A DNA stretch of 61,927 nucleotides, filler included, from Nemertoderma westbladi (lineage: Eukaryota > Animalia > Xenacoelomorpha), in the NCBI GenBank assembly GCA_032718475.1. It is 3 parts of 3 records of this genome, joined end to end, with 100 filler letters (N's around TTAATTAATTAA, not from the genome) between each part and the next. Parts side by side here need not be neighbours in the genome. Positions count along the whole stretch, not along the records: positions 1 to 19,277 come from JAUCBJ010007404.1; positions 19,378 to 41,976 come from JAUCBJ010008952.1; 1 more part is not named here. The stretch is one strand, 5' to 3'. Positions 10,881 to 22,814 of this stretch are shown here, piece after piece (position 1 is the first letter of the stretch; each line of letters begins with the position of its first letter). A program made the position numbers and the translations under genes. The notes beneath the pieces are model-generated. The model was given only the letters and a program-made list of their open reading frames with translations, did no database searches and had not been told where the DNA came from.

Positions 10881-12515
10881 ATGTCAACGAAGACAACATC
10901 TACTGGTAGTGATGAGGTGTTTTATGAGTTACATAATTGTAATGAAAAGTGTTATCCACCTGAGCTGGATAAGTCTGGTACTGCAAAAAATAGGCTTTTT
11001 GACTGGAATTTTGACTGCGTCAAAATAGGGTGGAATAGGCTACGGAAATGTACACCAACGTTGTTCAAAGGAATGCTAACAGGTACAAAACATAGACGTA
11101 GTAGTGAAGAAGTATTTTCTGAAATTCATAAATGTGGAGAATATTGTCCTCCTGAGAAGGCCAAACCTGGATATGAAGTGAAGAAAAATAGATTTCATGC
11201 CCTCGACATGGCTTGGAATAGGCCACGAATATGGACACCCAGGTTGTTCAAAAGAAATTTTGAAAATGAAGTAAATCCCACTGAAGATATTAAAAGGTCT
11301 TCAGACAAGAAAACGTCTACAGACAAGAAACGGTCTTCAGAAATGAAAAGGGAAAATAGACGAAGGATTACGAATAACATTTGGAGAAGAAAACGGCGAT
11401 TAATTATTGGACTTCTTATAGGCCTATTGGTCGCGGTGATATCTGGAGTAATAACTTGGCTTATTTGGAGGGAACTTAAACCCGCTATGGTAAATACTTC
11501 TGGGACCACACCGCCGCCCATCACTATAACACCCTCACCTACCACTGTCACACCCCCAACCACCACTATAACACCCCCACCCACCGCTGTTACACACACA
11601 CCCACCATTGCAACACCCCCACCCACCACTACAGCACCCCCAACCACCATTACAGCACCCCCACCCACCACAATAACACCTCCACCCACCACTATAACAC
11701 CACCACCCACCATTGCAACACCCACCACTGCAACACCCCCACTCACCACTGCAACACCCCCACCCACCACAATAACACCTCCACCCACCACTGCAACACC
11801 CCCAACCACCACAATAACACCCCCACTCACCACTGCAACACCCCCACCCACCACAATAACACCTCCACCCACCACTGCAGCACCCCCACCCACCACAATA
11901 ACACCTCCACCCACCACTGCAGCACCCCCACCCACCACTACAGCAGGACAAGCAGCCTTATTCCCTTGCCCCGATAATACCGGTCAACATTCTTTGAGAG
12001 CGACTAATTATGGTCCTTTACAAAAGAAACTGAGCTGCTTTTTCGAAAATATCGAAATACAGTCTCGAGAGCCCCCATTAGACTTTGATTTCAATAGGAA
12101 TTGGACTGAATATAAAAAAGGATTTGGTGACATCGATGATTACAATTATTACTGGATAGGGCTGGAGACTCTTCGCTGGATAACTACACGTTGGAATTGC
12201 AATCTATTGATTAAATTACCAATTGAGGGTCATACATATTTAAGATATAAGAATTTAACGATTGGTCCAGAATCTTCTAATTACACGTTGAGATACAAAG
12301 AATTTTATTCCTCAAAAACTAAAAATAATGAAATGTTCGCTGCTAATGGGACGCAGTTCTCTACGACCGATCGCGATGAATCGTTGACTAAAGATCGGAC
12401 CGGCGGTTGGTGGCACAACACTGAGTCTTCAACAAACCTCAACGGGGAGCAAATCTATTGGGGCGACGGAACTGTTCAATGGTCTAGTATGAGAATTTAC
12501 CACCAAGTTAATTAA
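10881..12515 (+). CDS. Type II membrane protein with Pro/Thr mucin-like stalk and C-terminal fibrinogen-related domain (FReD; FIBCD1/ficolin/angiopoietin-like), intronless, 544 aa
   Basis: Basic cluster RRKRR, then a single TM helix LIIGLLIGLLVAVISGVITWLIW, then (PPTTIT/PPTTA)n, then fibrinogen-C motifs DFNRNWTEYKKGFGD, YWIGLETL, IGPESSNYTL, NGTQFSTTDRD and GGWWHN. Confidence 0.88.
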   Translation: MSTKTTSTGSDEVFYELHNCNEKCYPPELDKSGTAKNRLFDWNFDCVKIGWNRLRKCTPTLFKGMLTGTKHRRSSEEVFSEIHKCGEYCPPEKAKPGYEVKKNRFHALDMAWNRPRIWTPRLFKRNFENEVNPTEDIKRSSDKKTSTDKKRSSEMKRENRRRITNNIWRRKRRLIIGLLIGLLVAVISGVITWLIWRELKPAMVNTSGTTPPPITITPSPTTVTPPTTTITPPPTAVTHTPTIATPPPTTTAPPTTITAPPPTTITPPPTTITPPPTIATPTTATPPLTTATPPPTTITPPPTTATPPTTTITPPLTTATPPPTTITPPPTTAAPPPTTITPPPTTAAPPPTTTAGQAALFPCPDNTGQHSLRATNYGPLQKKLSCFFENIEIQSREPPLDFDFNRNWTEYKKGFGDIDDYNYYWIGLETLRWITTRWNCNLLIKLPIEGHTYLRYKNLTIGPESSNYTLRYKEFYSSKTKNNEMFAANGTQFSTTDRDESLTKDRTGGWWHNTESSTNLNGEQIYWGDGTVQWSSMRIYHQVN

Positions 12516-12805
12516 TGTCTGAGTAATTCTTAGGATTACTGTAACGGAACTTATGTAACTTTAGGTGATTAAAATCGTTGCATGCATTAGCTTCATCTGC
12601 ACTGCTTCAGGCCATTTATTCTATTAATTAAAAAACAATAAACAACAACAAATATTCTAGAACATTTCATTTATGTAAGAATTGTCACTGGGCGTTAAAA
12701 AGGTGCTCCACTGGTAAGACATAATAAATAAATAAATATATATAAGTAATAAATATAAGTCATAACGCACTTGTTAAAAAATATATGATACTTCTCATTA
12801 TTTAA

Positions 12806-12915
12806 CCTTATTTGACCCGGGGGGGGGGTCATTTTATAAATTTTTTGTAAATCATATGTATCTTAGAGTCAAATTTGTTGTGAAACCCGAGATTTCGCGA
12901 CTTTTCCTAAAATTT
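12806..12915. mobile_element. Terminal fragment of a piggyBac-like element related to 33102-34665
   Basis: TTAA|CCTTATT..CCCGGGGGG and GACTTTTCCTAAAA match the reverse complement of the right end of the 33.1-34.7 kb element. Confidence 0.5.
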
Positions 12916-13382
12916 AGTGGAATATCTAACAAAGCAAACGTCATTTATATGGCTATGTTAGTTTTCGTGTTGTGGTCCCTTTCGGGCACCCATCTCTTTC
13001 CCCCTCTATCCTTTTCTTCTCTCCTGTCAGCCTGTCAGTATTTAGGTTTTTCAGCCATCTCTGCGAATTGTACCGGTAGGCCCCTCTGTTTGTTATTCGC
13101 TTACCACCTAGTTTAATGAAATAATCGCACACATCCCCCCTAGTCTGATCACTGACTGCGCTGATAGCATGGCAGTTCGCCCATTCCCAGCTTACACTAC
13201 TGCACTATGTGCTAGCGATTTACCCTATGCCATATAGGCAACCAGAAGTACGGCATAGGCTGCAGAAGAACCTAATAGATGACAGCTGGAGGTGCGACCA
13301 ATCAGATATTGAGCAAAAAGGGCAGGGCTCGGCCAATCAGATATTGAGAAAAAATACACGGATTAGGAAAGGTAGGTGCTAA

Positions 13383-14090
13383 AATGCACAACGAGCAACA
13401 ACGAGCAACAATGAGCAACAACGAGCAACAATGAGCAACAACAAGCAACAATGAGCAACAATGAGCGACAATGAGCAACAACGAGCAACAATGGGCAACA
13501 ATGAGCAATAATAAAGTACAACAACGAGCAACAATGAGCAACAACGAACAACAACGAGCAACAATGAGCAACAACGAGCAACAATGGGCAACAACGAGCA
13601 ATAATAAAGTACAACAACGAGCAACAATGAGCAACAACGAGTAACAATGAGCAACAACGATCAATAATAAAGTACAACAACGAGCAACAATGAGCAACAA
13701 CGAACAACAATGAGCAACAATGAGCAACAATGATCAACAACGAGCAATAATAAAGTACAACAACGAGCAACAATGTGCAACAACGAGCAACAACGAGCAT
13801 CAATGAGGAACAATGAGCAACAACGAGCAATAATAAAGTACAACAACGAGCAACAATGAGCAACAACGACCAACAACGAACAACAATGAGCAACAACGAT
13901 CAATAATAAAGTACAACAACGAGCAACAATGAGCAACAACGAACAACTATGAGCAACTATGAGCAACAACGAGCGACAAAGGACAGCAACGAGCAATAAT
14001 AAAGTACAACAACGAGCAACAATGAGCAACAACGAACAACTATGAGAAACATCGAGCAACAACGAACAACAACGAACAGCAATGGGCAAA
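13383..14090. repeat. 10-bp minisatellite (GAGCAACAAT/GAGCAACAAC) with interspersed AATAATAAAGTAC units
   Basis: Directly visible. It produces the spurious LLIVARCCS ORFs. Confidence 0.95.
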
Positions 14091-14461
14091 AATAATAAGC
14101 AGTGAAGCAGTGATAAACAGTAACTACAATAAGTAGCAGTAACTACAATAACAGTTACTATAATACAGTAACTAGAGTACACCACTAAACAGTTTACACA
14201 GATACATTCATTTTTCACTCCTTCATTCATCCGGTTTTGTTCGCCCCGGCTGCCCGGTGGCTTTATTAAGTAAAATAAATAAAATCGACACAAACTATCA
14301 GTAAAACAACATAAAATGGGAAGCTGACACAGAAGCTAAAATAAAGCTAAAATTTAATATGCGAGTCAATTATGATTATTAATATGGCTAATTACACTGT
14401 CCGGTCCGTGTCCTGTTGATCTGAGCTCTCCAGTTAGAATAATAAATCAGTTATGCACTGC

Positions 14462-15880
14462 TTACGAAGTATTAAGTATGAATTTCCCTTCTGCCGAGTT
14501 CAGTAGACGTAAAATATATAGGTAGATAAAGTGGTCCCTTAAGGTTAGGCTGAATTTTGGAATATCTCGAAAACACTTTTCTAAGTTGTACTGGTGTGTT
14601 ACTAACGATGTTAATTTCGGTAATCCTAATTCCCAGGAATTCCTGTTATAATCAGAAAACACCTTTTCCTCGGATACGTCTGCTAGATGTTGCCCTAAGA
14701 TCACGCTGAAAAGTAATAAACCTTCTGGTTGCCACAGTTAAACAAGGCATATATGGACTTCGTTTTGCTCCTCTGCACAAGGTGTTTAAATTTGTTACAG
14801 TCTATTAATGCATGCAGACTGTTATTACCTACGGAATTCCCCAATCTTTGTATTGATCGCATTGCTTTCCTGCAGTACTGCAGTACACTACTAGGATCGG
14901 CATGCTGCATTGCAGCTGCATTTTTAAGAATGCTGTGCCGGCTTGTCAACAAAATTGCACCGCCACAACTCCCTATCACCCATGACATTTGCTAGATCAT
15001 CCGCATCTTTAAGGCCAGTGTCCTTTAAGATGCGTCTCAAGAAAGTCATGGGCTGTCCACCATGCTTATTCACTCCATGAGGCTGCCAAAGTACAAGATT
15101 ATGCACTGGCTGGTCCTCACGGCGAAAGCAATGTCCTGCAAAGCGGAGGCGATTTTGTTCTAGTGTCAAGCTTGGGGGAACTAATGAGACACCTCCAATG
15201 TTATATAGTGTCTGGTTGGAGATGTGTGCATTGTACTTGACACAATGTACCCGGCGTAGCATTCTTGTGAATGTGCCATCCAGAGATTTGGTGTCCTCAG
15301 CAGTTAGAGCCCAGCATGGACTCCCGTAGAGGAGTACTGGAACTACTGCTGCTCTAAATAATCGGACCTTAAGTTTCCGATTAATTCTAGGTGACTTCCA
15401 AATCCTGGAAAGCCTATTCAAGGCTGCCCATGTCTTTCCCTTACGTATTCGAAGGTCCTCACCTGACTTCCGGATCCATGATCCCAGGTAACAGAAGTCG
15501 TCCACATGCTCAAGCATACCATCCTTTGAGCTTATGCTCATCCGATCAGAGACTTGCTGAGGACTTTCAAAGTTAACTGTCAGAATTTTTTCTGCAGTAC
15601 AAGTTTTTGCCAGACTGTCAACAACAGATTGACCTATGATCGCTGCGCCGTACAAAATTGATGGTAGGCAAATAGCGAGCCATATTAGTCCAGTCAAGTC
15701 AATAGGAATATTTTCTGTTGCCAAACCTCTGCTGTTTACTCTACAACAGTTGTTCATCCATATCTTCTGCGTAAAGTGGTCCCAATGTTGCGTTCAGTGG
15801 CTGGTAGCAGAAGTCCCAAAAATTTGCAGGAGCTCACAGCATTTAACCTCTTCCCTAAAATCGACACTATGTACAGTCGG
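14462..15880 (-). mobile_element. Old degenerate CR1/L2-group LINE (RT C-terminal part), split by a younger RTE insertion
   Basis: Minus-strand translations VSSCKFLGLLL (RT motif 7-like) and WLAICLPSILYG, then after the insert KAMRSIQRL... Multiple stops and frameshifts. Confidence 0.55.
14888..15591 (-). mobile_element. 5'-truncated RTE-type LINE (family A) with 10-bp TSD
   Basis: RT C-terminal motifs VDDFCYLGSWI, VPVLLYGS and RLRFAGHCFR. Ends in a (TAG)n tail. CTGCAGTACA is duplicated at 14878-14887 and 15592-15601. Closely similar to 20830-21425. Confidence 0.9.
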
Positions 15881-16769
15881 GGTCTCAAAGTGCATCTGTT
15901 CTTTGAGATTTTCTCAAAGAACTAAAAGTGTCTCAAAGTTATAAAAGTGGTCCAAGAAAATGACAAAGTGTCCTCAAAGATTTCAAAGTAATACTGTCAG
16001 TCATTTCATACAGTCCTGCCTGTAACTGGCAATGGTAGGCCCTATGGGGTATATTGACTTTGACTACTAAAGGGTAAAATATAAGTAATCAAAACCTCTA
16101 TCAGTCTATAAAACAATAAATATGCCTCCAAAAAATACTGCAGTAATAAATATTTGTCACTGAAAGTAAGAATTAATTATTACTGCAGTAATAAAAAATT
16201 TTATTTTTCTGCAGTAACAAATAATTTGTTACCGCAGTATAAATTTTTATTCAATTATTCAATTCATTTATTCAACTTATTCTATTATTATAACCTGTTA
16301 CTTTCCTTGTTAATTGTTAATATCGAAATTAAATATTCGCGAAATTAAGTTAATATGTTAAAATGGGCTGGAACGACACCCCAATTGGAAATATGCGTAC
16401 CGTAATACTAATATGATCACTTATGTCAATAGGACCCTGACTGTGTACCAATTAATTTACTCTTAATGGTAGAAAATAATAAATTTGAATTTCCCTGAAA
16501 CAGCAGAGAATTTCCCTCAACTGGTGTAATTCATAGCTCTGCAGTCAGTACAGCAGTAGGCCTAGTACAAGTAATGTCTGTGTTGGTAACGAATTACAGA
16601 ATTAAGCAATCACTGCAGCACTGCACACTGGCACAGCTGCAGTAAACCAGTAGGCCTAATCCTGTAAACTCCGAGTGAACTACTGGTACCGGTAGGCCTA
16701 CTGTTGTAGTTGTAGACCAGGACTGGTCTACATACATAATAGGCCTAACAGCCTAAACAATTAATAATT

Positions 16770-18485
16770 ATGCCAGATATATTTGAAACTCTTGGTGATT
16801 CTGTTATTGACAACAGCGGGAAGAGTTTTGATGTCTCAGAAATTAGGGAAAGGTGCGATTTCTTCGCCTTATATTTTTCAGCTCATTGGTGTCCGCCATG
16901 CAAAGCATTTACTCCCGAGGTAGGCTTAAATACCAGACATTCACATTACAGCATTCAGGCATTACAGCATTAGCCAGAAGCGGTAGGTACCGGTGGCGGT
17001 GGTACTGCAACTACAGTACTGGGCTGCAGGCAGGCAGGCAGGGTGCTGCGGCTTTCTTGATGTCTGGATGTATGAAGTACTAGTCAGCTAGTACAAAGTA
17101 TTATATAGGCCTACAGCTGTACACTGTACGGTATGCGGATGCTGGATGCGGTATCTCTATACCAGTATACTGCACTGCTATACCTGTATACCTATATCAG
17201 TACAGCAGTATAGGCCTACAGGTATATATGATATACAGTTAGAGTAGGTAGGCTATACATACAGCCATATCGAATAGGCCTATCGATTGTCTGATTGTTG
17301 ATCGCCCTTAACATTAACTGCATTATAATGTAAATGTATATATATATCAGTATATATACAGATATACCTGTATACCGTACAGGTATTTCCACGTAGTCCT
17401 CCTCCAGTCCTAACAGCCTAAGGCTATTCAGATTTCAGAGTCTCTCTTATATCTCTAAAATGGCAGAATGGGGTAAACTTTGAATTCAGGAATTAGTCCT
17501 ACTCCTAGGCCCTATTCGTTACCGGTACTTTAGTGTTAAACAAATTAATCAATCACCCAATCTGTATCTCATCAACGAATTATATTTTCAGTTAGCAAAA
17601 TTTTACGAGAGCCACCATGTAGACAAGAAACTCGAAATTGTGTTTGTAAGTTCGGATCGCGATGCTTCTAGTTTTCAGAATTATTTTGGAGGAATGCCTT
17701 GGAAATCGTTACGCTTCGAAGAACGCCAACAAAAGGTTCCTATATTATTTATAAGTACTGAAGTTGAATGTAAGCGGACCTATCTAGTAGTGGTAGTGGT
17801 AGGCCTACTGAGGACACTGAGATAGGTACAGAAACAGAACAGAGATATCGTGGTAGAGCTAAGTGTGTTATTGGGGTGAGGCTGTGAAGAGGGGAATGCT
17901 AATGGAGTCCCTTAATTAATTGTATTGGTTCGGGGGTGGGTTTACGGCGACCCAACTCATCTCGAGTCATATGTACCCACCATACTGCCATAACGAGTAG
18001 TTAGGTTGGGGTGTGAAGAACCCGTTCTCACTCACTGGAACACAAACACGAGTAATAATACTAGGCCCTACTGGTTTATTACAAGTAGTATTTCTTGGCT
18101 ACATTTTATTTAATTTAAAGAATTTCTTTTTGCAGGAAATTATCACCCAGTTCATAATTATTTATTTAACTTCATTCGAAGTAATTTAACTTCCTACCGT
18201 CACACATTGTGCTTCTTTACCACACAGGATGCGTTATCACAACTCTACCACGTCCGCAGTATCCCCACACTGATCCTACTAGACTCCAAGACCGGAGATC
18301 TTATTACAGACCAGGGCCGCAGGGAAGTAACCAATGACCACAATGCGTTACGGTTCCCATGGAAACCACGTAATATTACTGAGATATTGGCAACGTGTGG
18401 CTTATCGGGGAAGGATAAACAGAAGGTGGCCCCAGACGAGGCATTACAAGGCAAAATCATCGGGTTGTATTTCTCCGCCCATTGG
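16770..18485 (+). CDS. NXN: Nucleoredoxin-like thioredoxin-family protein, exons 1-3 (partial): 16770-16919, 17592-17735, 18228-18485
   Basis: [42 protein letters not shown] and RFPWKP, then a second domain start [12 protein letters not shown]. Phase-0 GT-AG introns give a continuous frame. Later exons were not found before the gap. Confidence 0.88.
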
Positions 18486-18646
18486 GTAGGTACAGTAATC
18501 ACGAAGGATCCAATCCAGATCATAATCCCTTTACCGCAGACCCGTAATATAGTGTCATTTTCTGATGACACGGACCCTCCCCCCCCCCCCCCCCCAGATT
18601 TTTCTACAAATATTTATCATATTGCTTGAACTTGGAAACACAACTA

Positions 18647-19079
18647 GTTCAACTCACCGTTGTTGTTACCATGAAGCCGGAATTTTCGATTTCGCCTTTA
18701 AATTTTTTATAAGCGTTTTAAAAAGGTGTCTTGCGAAATCGCACCCTCCGTGTCTTGGCTATTCGCGGCCATTTATTCTATTTAATAAATACACAAAATT
18801 CTAGAACGTGTTATTTATTTTATGAGTTGGTTGGCAACAGCGGTATGCCTATACAATATATCTATTGCGTAGCTAATCATACATAAACAAAATGTTCCAG
18901 AACATCGTGTATTTATTAAATATAATAAATGGCTTTCAGCGAACAATAATTCTTGCAATCTTTGAACGCCTATATCTCAGCTGTTTCTCAACGAAATTCA
19001 GATATTGTTACATATTTTGAATCCTTGCAACGCAAGCTTTTTACTCCGGCTTCACGGTAACAACCGCGGTGAGTTGAAT
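18647..19079. mobile_element. Palindromic MITE in NXN intron, with an inner ~170-bp fold-back (18767-18934) shared with 12608-12670, 36225-36290 and 43317-43488
   Basis: TTCAACTCACCG..GTTACC.TGAAGCCGGA has an inverted copy at 19042-19079. Inner arms GCCATTTATTCTATTTAATAAATACAC. Confidence 0.7.
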
Positions 19080-19277
19080 CACCGTATTTCTCGAATAAGA
19101 GCCTGAGCGTTTAAGTTGATAAATGTAAAATTGGGGAGGCGTTTATTCGAGTGGGGCGTTTATACGGGGAAGGCGTTTAAGTTACAAATTGTGTGGTTCG
19201 AGTGGGGGTTATTTATGTTCTAGATTTTCTCCATTTTGACTCTAAATACCCTAAAAGAATGTTGTTACTTTATTACA

Positions 19278-19378
19278 NNNNNNNNNNNNNNNNNNNNNNN
19301 NNNNNNNNNNNNNNNNNNNNNTTAATTAATTAANNNNNNNNNNNNNNNNNNNNNNNNNNNNNNNNNNNNNNNNNNNNT
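19278..19378. other. Assembly gap with synthetic TTAATTAATTAA spacer
   Basis: N runs flanking a six-frame-stop linker; identical arrangement at 41976-42076. Confidence 0.97.
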
Positions 19379-20153
19379 CTGCTTTTTAGCTCAACACTAG
19401 TAGGTTTAATTATAAGGACATATATCCTTTAACTGACTGATTGTCTTAACTCAAAACAAACTGGCACGATTGATCTGTGAATACTGCATACTGCTATTTG
19501 TTGTCGGTTATTCATTATATTTGTTGATGAATTATTATATTGGAATAACGAGAAATAACCCCGACACCCAATATTCTTGATATACCGAAGGTAAGAGAGA
19601 AAGGTTACCAATAACGATTGTGACTTATGTTAAAGTGGTTTGAAGTGAATCTAATGTTATTTGATAGACCCTACATGAGTCAGTCTGTGTTCCTTTTATA
19701 TGTGACTAAAATCAGTGAAGATTGGCAGATTAGTGTGCAGTATTGTGCAGCATTGCGTATGAGTGAGTCTGTTAAAGAAGCAATTCCTAAAGAATGCGCC
19801 ATATATGTGAATTATAATTGAGCCATATCGTTGTGAGTAGTTTAAGTCATAACTCTGTTTATATAGATAAAGCGCCACGTCCTAAAGGAACTGTTAATAT
19901 TCCCGAAGGTGAATAATATTGTCAGAGATTATATAATACTGTCAGTCGAATAATACATTAGGCTTACATAGCAATAAAATTAAACCGTCGAACCCAATCT
20001 CCCGGGAATATCCAGCGGGTGAATGGTCGCGCACAGATTGGTTTCGACTAGTGTAGTGAATCAAATACTTGTCATAGGCTAAAAAGCGATTTAATATCTA
20101 GAAGACATCTTAATTTGGCGGGTTGAACTGCCAAAGGTCTGAAAGCGCGAACA
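19379..20153 (+). mobile_element. Second, diverged copy of the putative LTR (5' part lost in gap), abutting a LINE
   Basis: Core ATAGATAAAGCGCCACGTCCTAAAGGAACTGTTAATATT (19863-19901) is near-identical to the reverse complement of ~636-675. AATAAA near 19973. Ends GCGCGAACA, immediately followed by LINE coding sequence. Confidence 0.55.
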
Positions 20154-21425
20154 AAGTTGGTGCCAGTTCCCAAGAAGGGCAACCTAACACTCTATGGTTC
20201 TTTTCGGGGAATCTCATGTTATACAATAGAAATATATTAAATCACATCAGGGATCCCATTGAAAGACTGCTCTGTGGAAATTAGAATGGGCTCCGTAAAG
20301 GTCGTGGGACCATGGAGCCCATTTTGGCACTTAGAAAGATAATTGAAAAGTTATCAAAAAAAGAAATACAGGCATCTGGCTGTTATCTTTGTTGACTTCT
20401 TCAAGGCCTTTGATTCAGTCTCTCGCTCACGGATGTTCAGCATACTTTCATTATATGGGATTCCTGATGAAATTATTGCAGCAATCAGATCAGTATACGA
20501 TGGTTCGACAACCTTTGTGTCTACTGTTGACGGTGACACAGAACCATTTGAAGTATTATGAGGCGTCCTCCAGGGAGACACACTTGCACCATTCTTGTTC
20601 ATAATTGTTGTTGACTATGTTCTACGCATGTCCTCAGATCATCATAATGATGATGGGGTGATGGTAACTCCACCTACTGGCTCCAGAAGTCGAGGAAATC
20701 CTGCAAAGCACCTAACTGATCTAGACTTTGCTGATGACTTAGGAGTACTCTCAGAATCACTAGAGGGAGCCCAACGGCTCCACAGCTCATTATAACAGGC
20801 TGCTTCTAGTGTTGGTAATTTTATTAACTCCAAAATTTTGACAGTTAACTTTGAAAGTCCTCAGCAAGTCTCTCACCGGATGAGCATAAGCTCCAAGGAT
20901 GGTATGCTTGAGCATGTGGACGACTTCTGTTACCTGGGATCATGGATCCGGAAGTCAGGTGAGGACCTTCGAATACGTAAGGGAAAGGCATGGGCAACCT
21001 TGAATAGGCTTTCCAGGATTTGGAAGTCACAGATAATTAATCGGAAACTTAAGGTCCGATTATTTCGAGCAGCAGTAGTTCCAGTACATCTCTATGGGGG
21101 TAACTGCTGAGGACACCAAATCTCTGGATGGCACATTCACAAGAATGCTACGCCGGGTTCATTGTGTCAAGTACAATGCACGCATCTCCAACAAGACAAT
21201 ATATAACATTGGAGGTGTCTCATTGGTTCCCCCAAGCTTGACACTAGAACAAAATCGCCTCCGCTTTGCAGGACATTGCTTTCGCCGTGAGGACCAGCCA
21301 GTGCATAATCTTGTACTCTGGCAGCCTCATGGAGTGAATAAGCATGGTGGACAGACAGCCCATGAATTTCTTGAGACACATCTTAAAGGACACAGGCCTT
21401 GAAGATGCGGATGATCTAGCAATGA
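20154..21425 (+). mobile_element. Degenerate RTE-type LINE RT (family A)
   Basis: LVPVPKKGNL, FVDFFKAFDSV, QGDTLAPFLF, DLDFADDL, DDFCYLGSWI and RLRFAGHC, broken by stops and frameshifts. Confidence 0.92.
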
Positions 21426-22361
21426 GTTTATCAGACTAATAGAGAAGTACTATATTACTATAATATGATGAATAATATCCAAAAATATCTATATTGGAGT
21501 TATATAACAATCAACCATTCAATAAATTAATGATTCTCTGACTTTGTATCTGTATTTATTCACCCACATCGTCTTAAATATCGAGAAATTGAACTCATTC
21601 ACATCTGTGACTCATTGAATTAAAAAAATTCCATAGTTCATTCTGCAGAAGATTCATTAAAATTGATGCAAATTGGTTCAAAGGTTATTAAGTCTAGACG
21701 AAGTGATATTCAGCGCACCTTGCAGCTGACCATGAAATTCAGGACTCCAATATTCTCTAAACTTTCTAAATGTCATAACTTTACTATACCAAATTCCCAA
21801 AAATTAGACGGAGTCATTGCTGAGATATTGGAGTACAGGTATAATGACTTTGTCTGTATTTTCAGTAAATGAAATAACATTTTACCGCGAAACATTACAA
21901 TTTTATCACCAAAGTGTAATAAGTTTTTCTGTGTTAGGAACTGTAGTCCTCATACCCGGATAAATTTGTTGCATTTTGCCTGGTACATTGTCTGTTATAT
22001 TCATCAATGCCAATCTCTTGCGCGCTCATAATCATTTATGTCTTGTCTTGTCTTGTCTACGAACAATGTATGGGGAAGCCTCGATGGGTTGCTATTTTCT
22101 TATCATCCGAAAAGTGATGTCAAATTCCTATGGTAAACAGCTACTTGTAGCAATTTATTATCACATGCTAACTATGTTGAAATGGTTTGATTATTTGATT
22201 AACCTTCAGAATAAATATCAAATTCACTTAGAAAGTGTCGCTAGTAGATAGTAGCTAATATTATGATATAATTAGACATTGGGGCAAAATTAACCTCTTC
22301 AACAAAAGTTTGTATTTTAAATCTTTTACTAAAATAAAGTATTTTTTGTCCTCTTTGTAAT

Positions 22362-22814
22362 CAGGGCCGCCGAGAGGGGTAGCGAAATCCCCGGGCCCGG
22401 GAGACACCTAGGGGGGGCCCGGAACGGGACCCAAGGGCAATTTTCTTAACTTAGACTGGGTATTTGGAGCCTTCATGGTGATAAAAATGATACAAATTAG
22501 TAAATATTATATTAAAAATATTAAAATAATTTAACAATTGGTCTTTTTATTGTCTGTTTATTGAGCTTTTTTATTTATTTTTATTATATTTATTTTTTAA
22601 TTATTTTTATTTAAGTATTTTTTGAGATAGCAGATAAAGTAGCCCTACTTCCCCTTCCCTCCAATGCTAATAAACCATTTTTTTGTCAAATGGGGGTGGG
22701 GGGGGGGGGGGAGTTAAATTACACATATTTCACATCAAATATAAAGGGGGCCAGGGTTTTCTACAATTACGTTGCCCCGGGCTATGTTGCCGCTTTTTCC
22801 TTTCGACGGCCCTG
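22362..22814. mobile_element. hAT-type MITE
   Basis: TIR CAGGGCCG(C/T)CGA. 8-bp TSD TTTGTAAT at 22354-22361 and 22815-22822. Confidence 0.9.

Noticed and set aside
11195-11951. Gly/Val-rich and Cys/Gly/Trp-rich minus-strand ORFs
   Set aside because: Antisense shadows of the Pro/Thr repeat of the FReD gene.
13302-14293. Four overlapping LLIVARCCS ORFs
   Set aside because: All frames stay open only because of the 10-bp minisatellite.
14924-15757. 277-aa ORF as a host gene
   Set aside because: Chimeric junction of two LINE relics.
19322-19333. TTAATTAATTAA palindrome between N runs (also 42021-42032)
   Set aside because: Artificial scaffolding linker.
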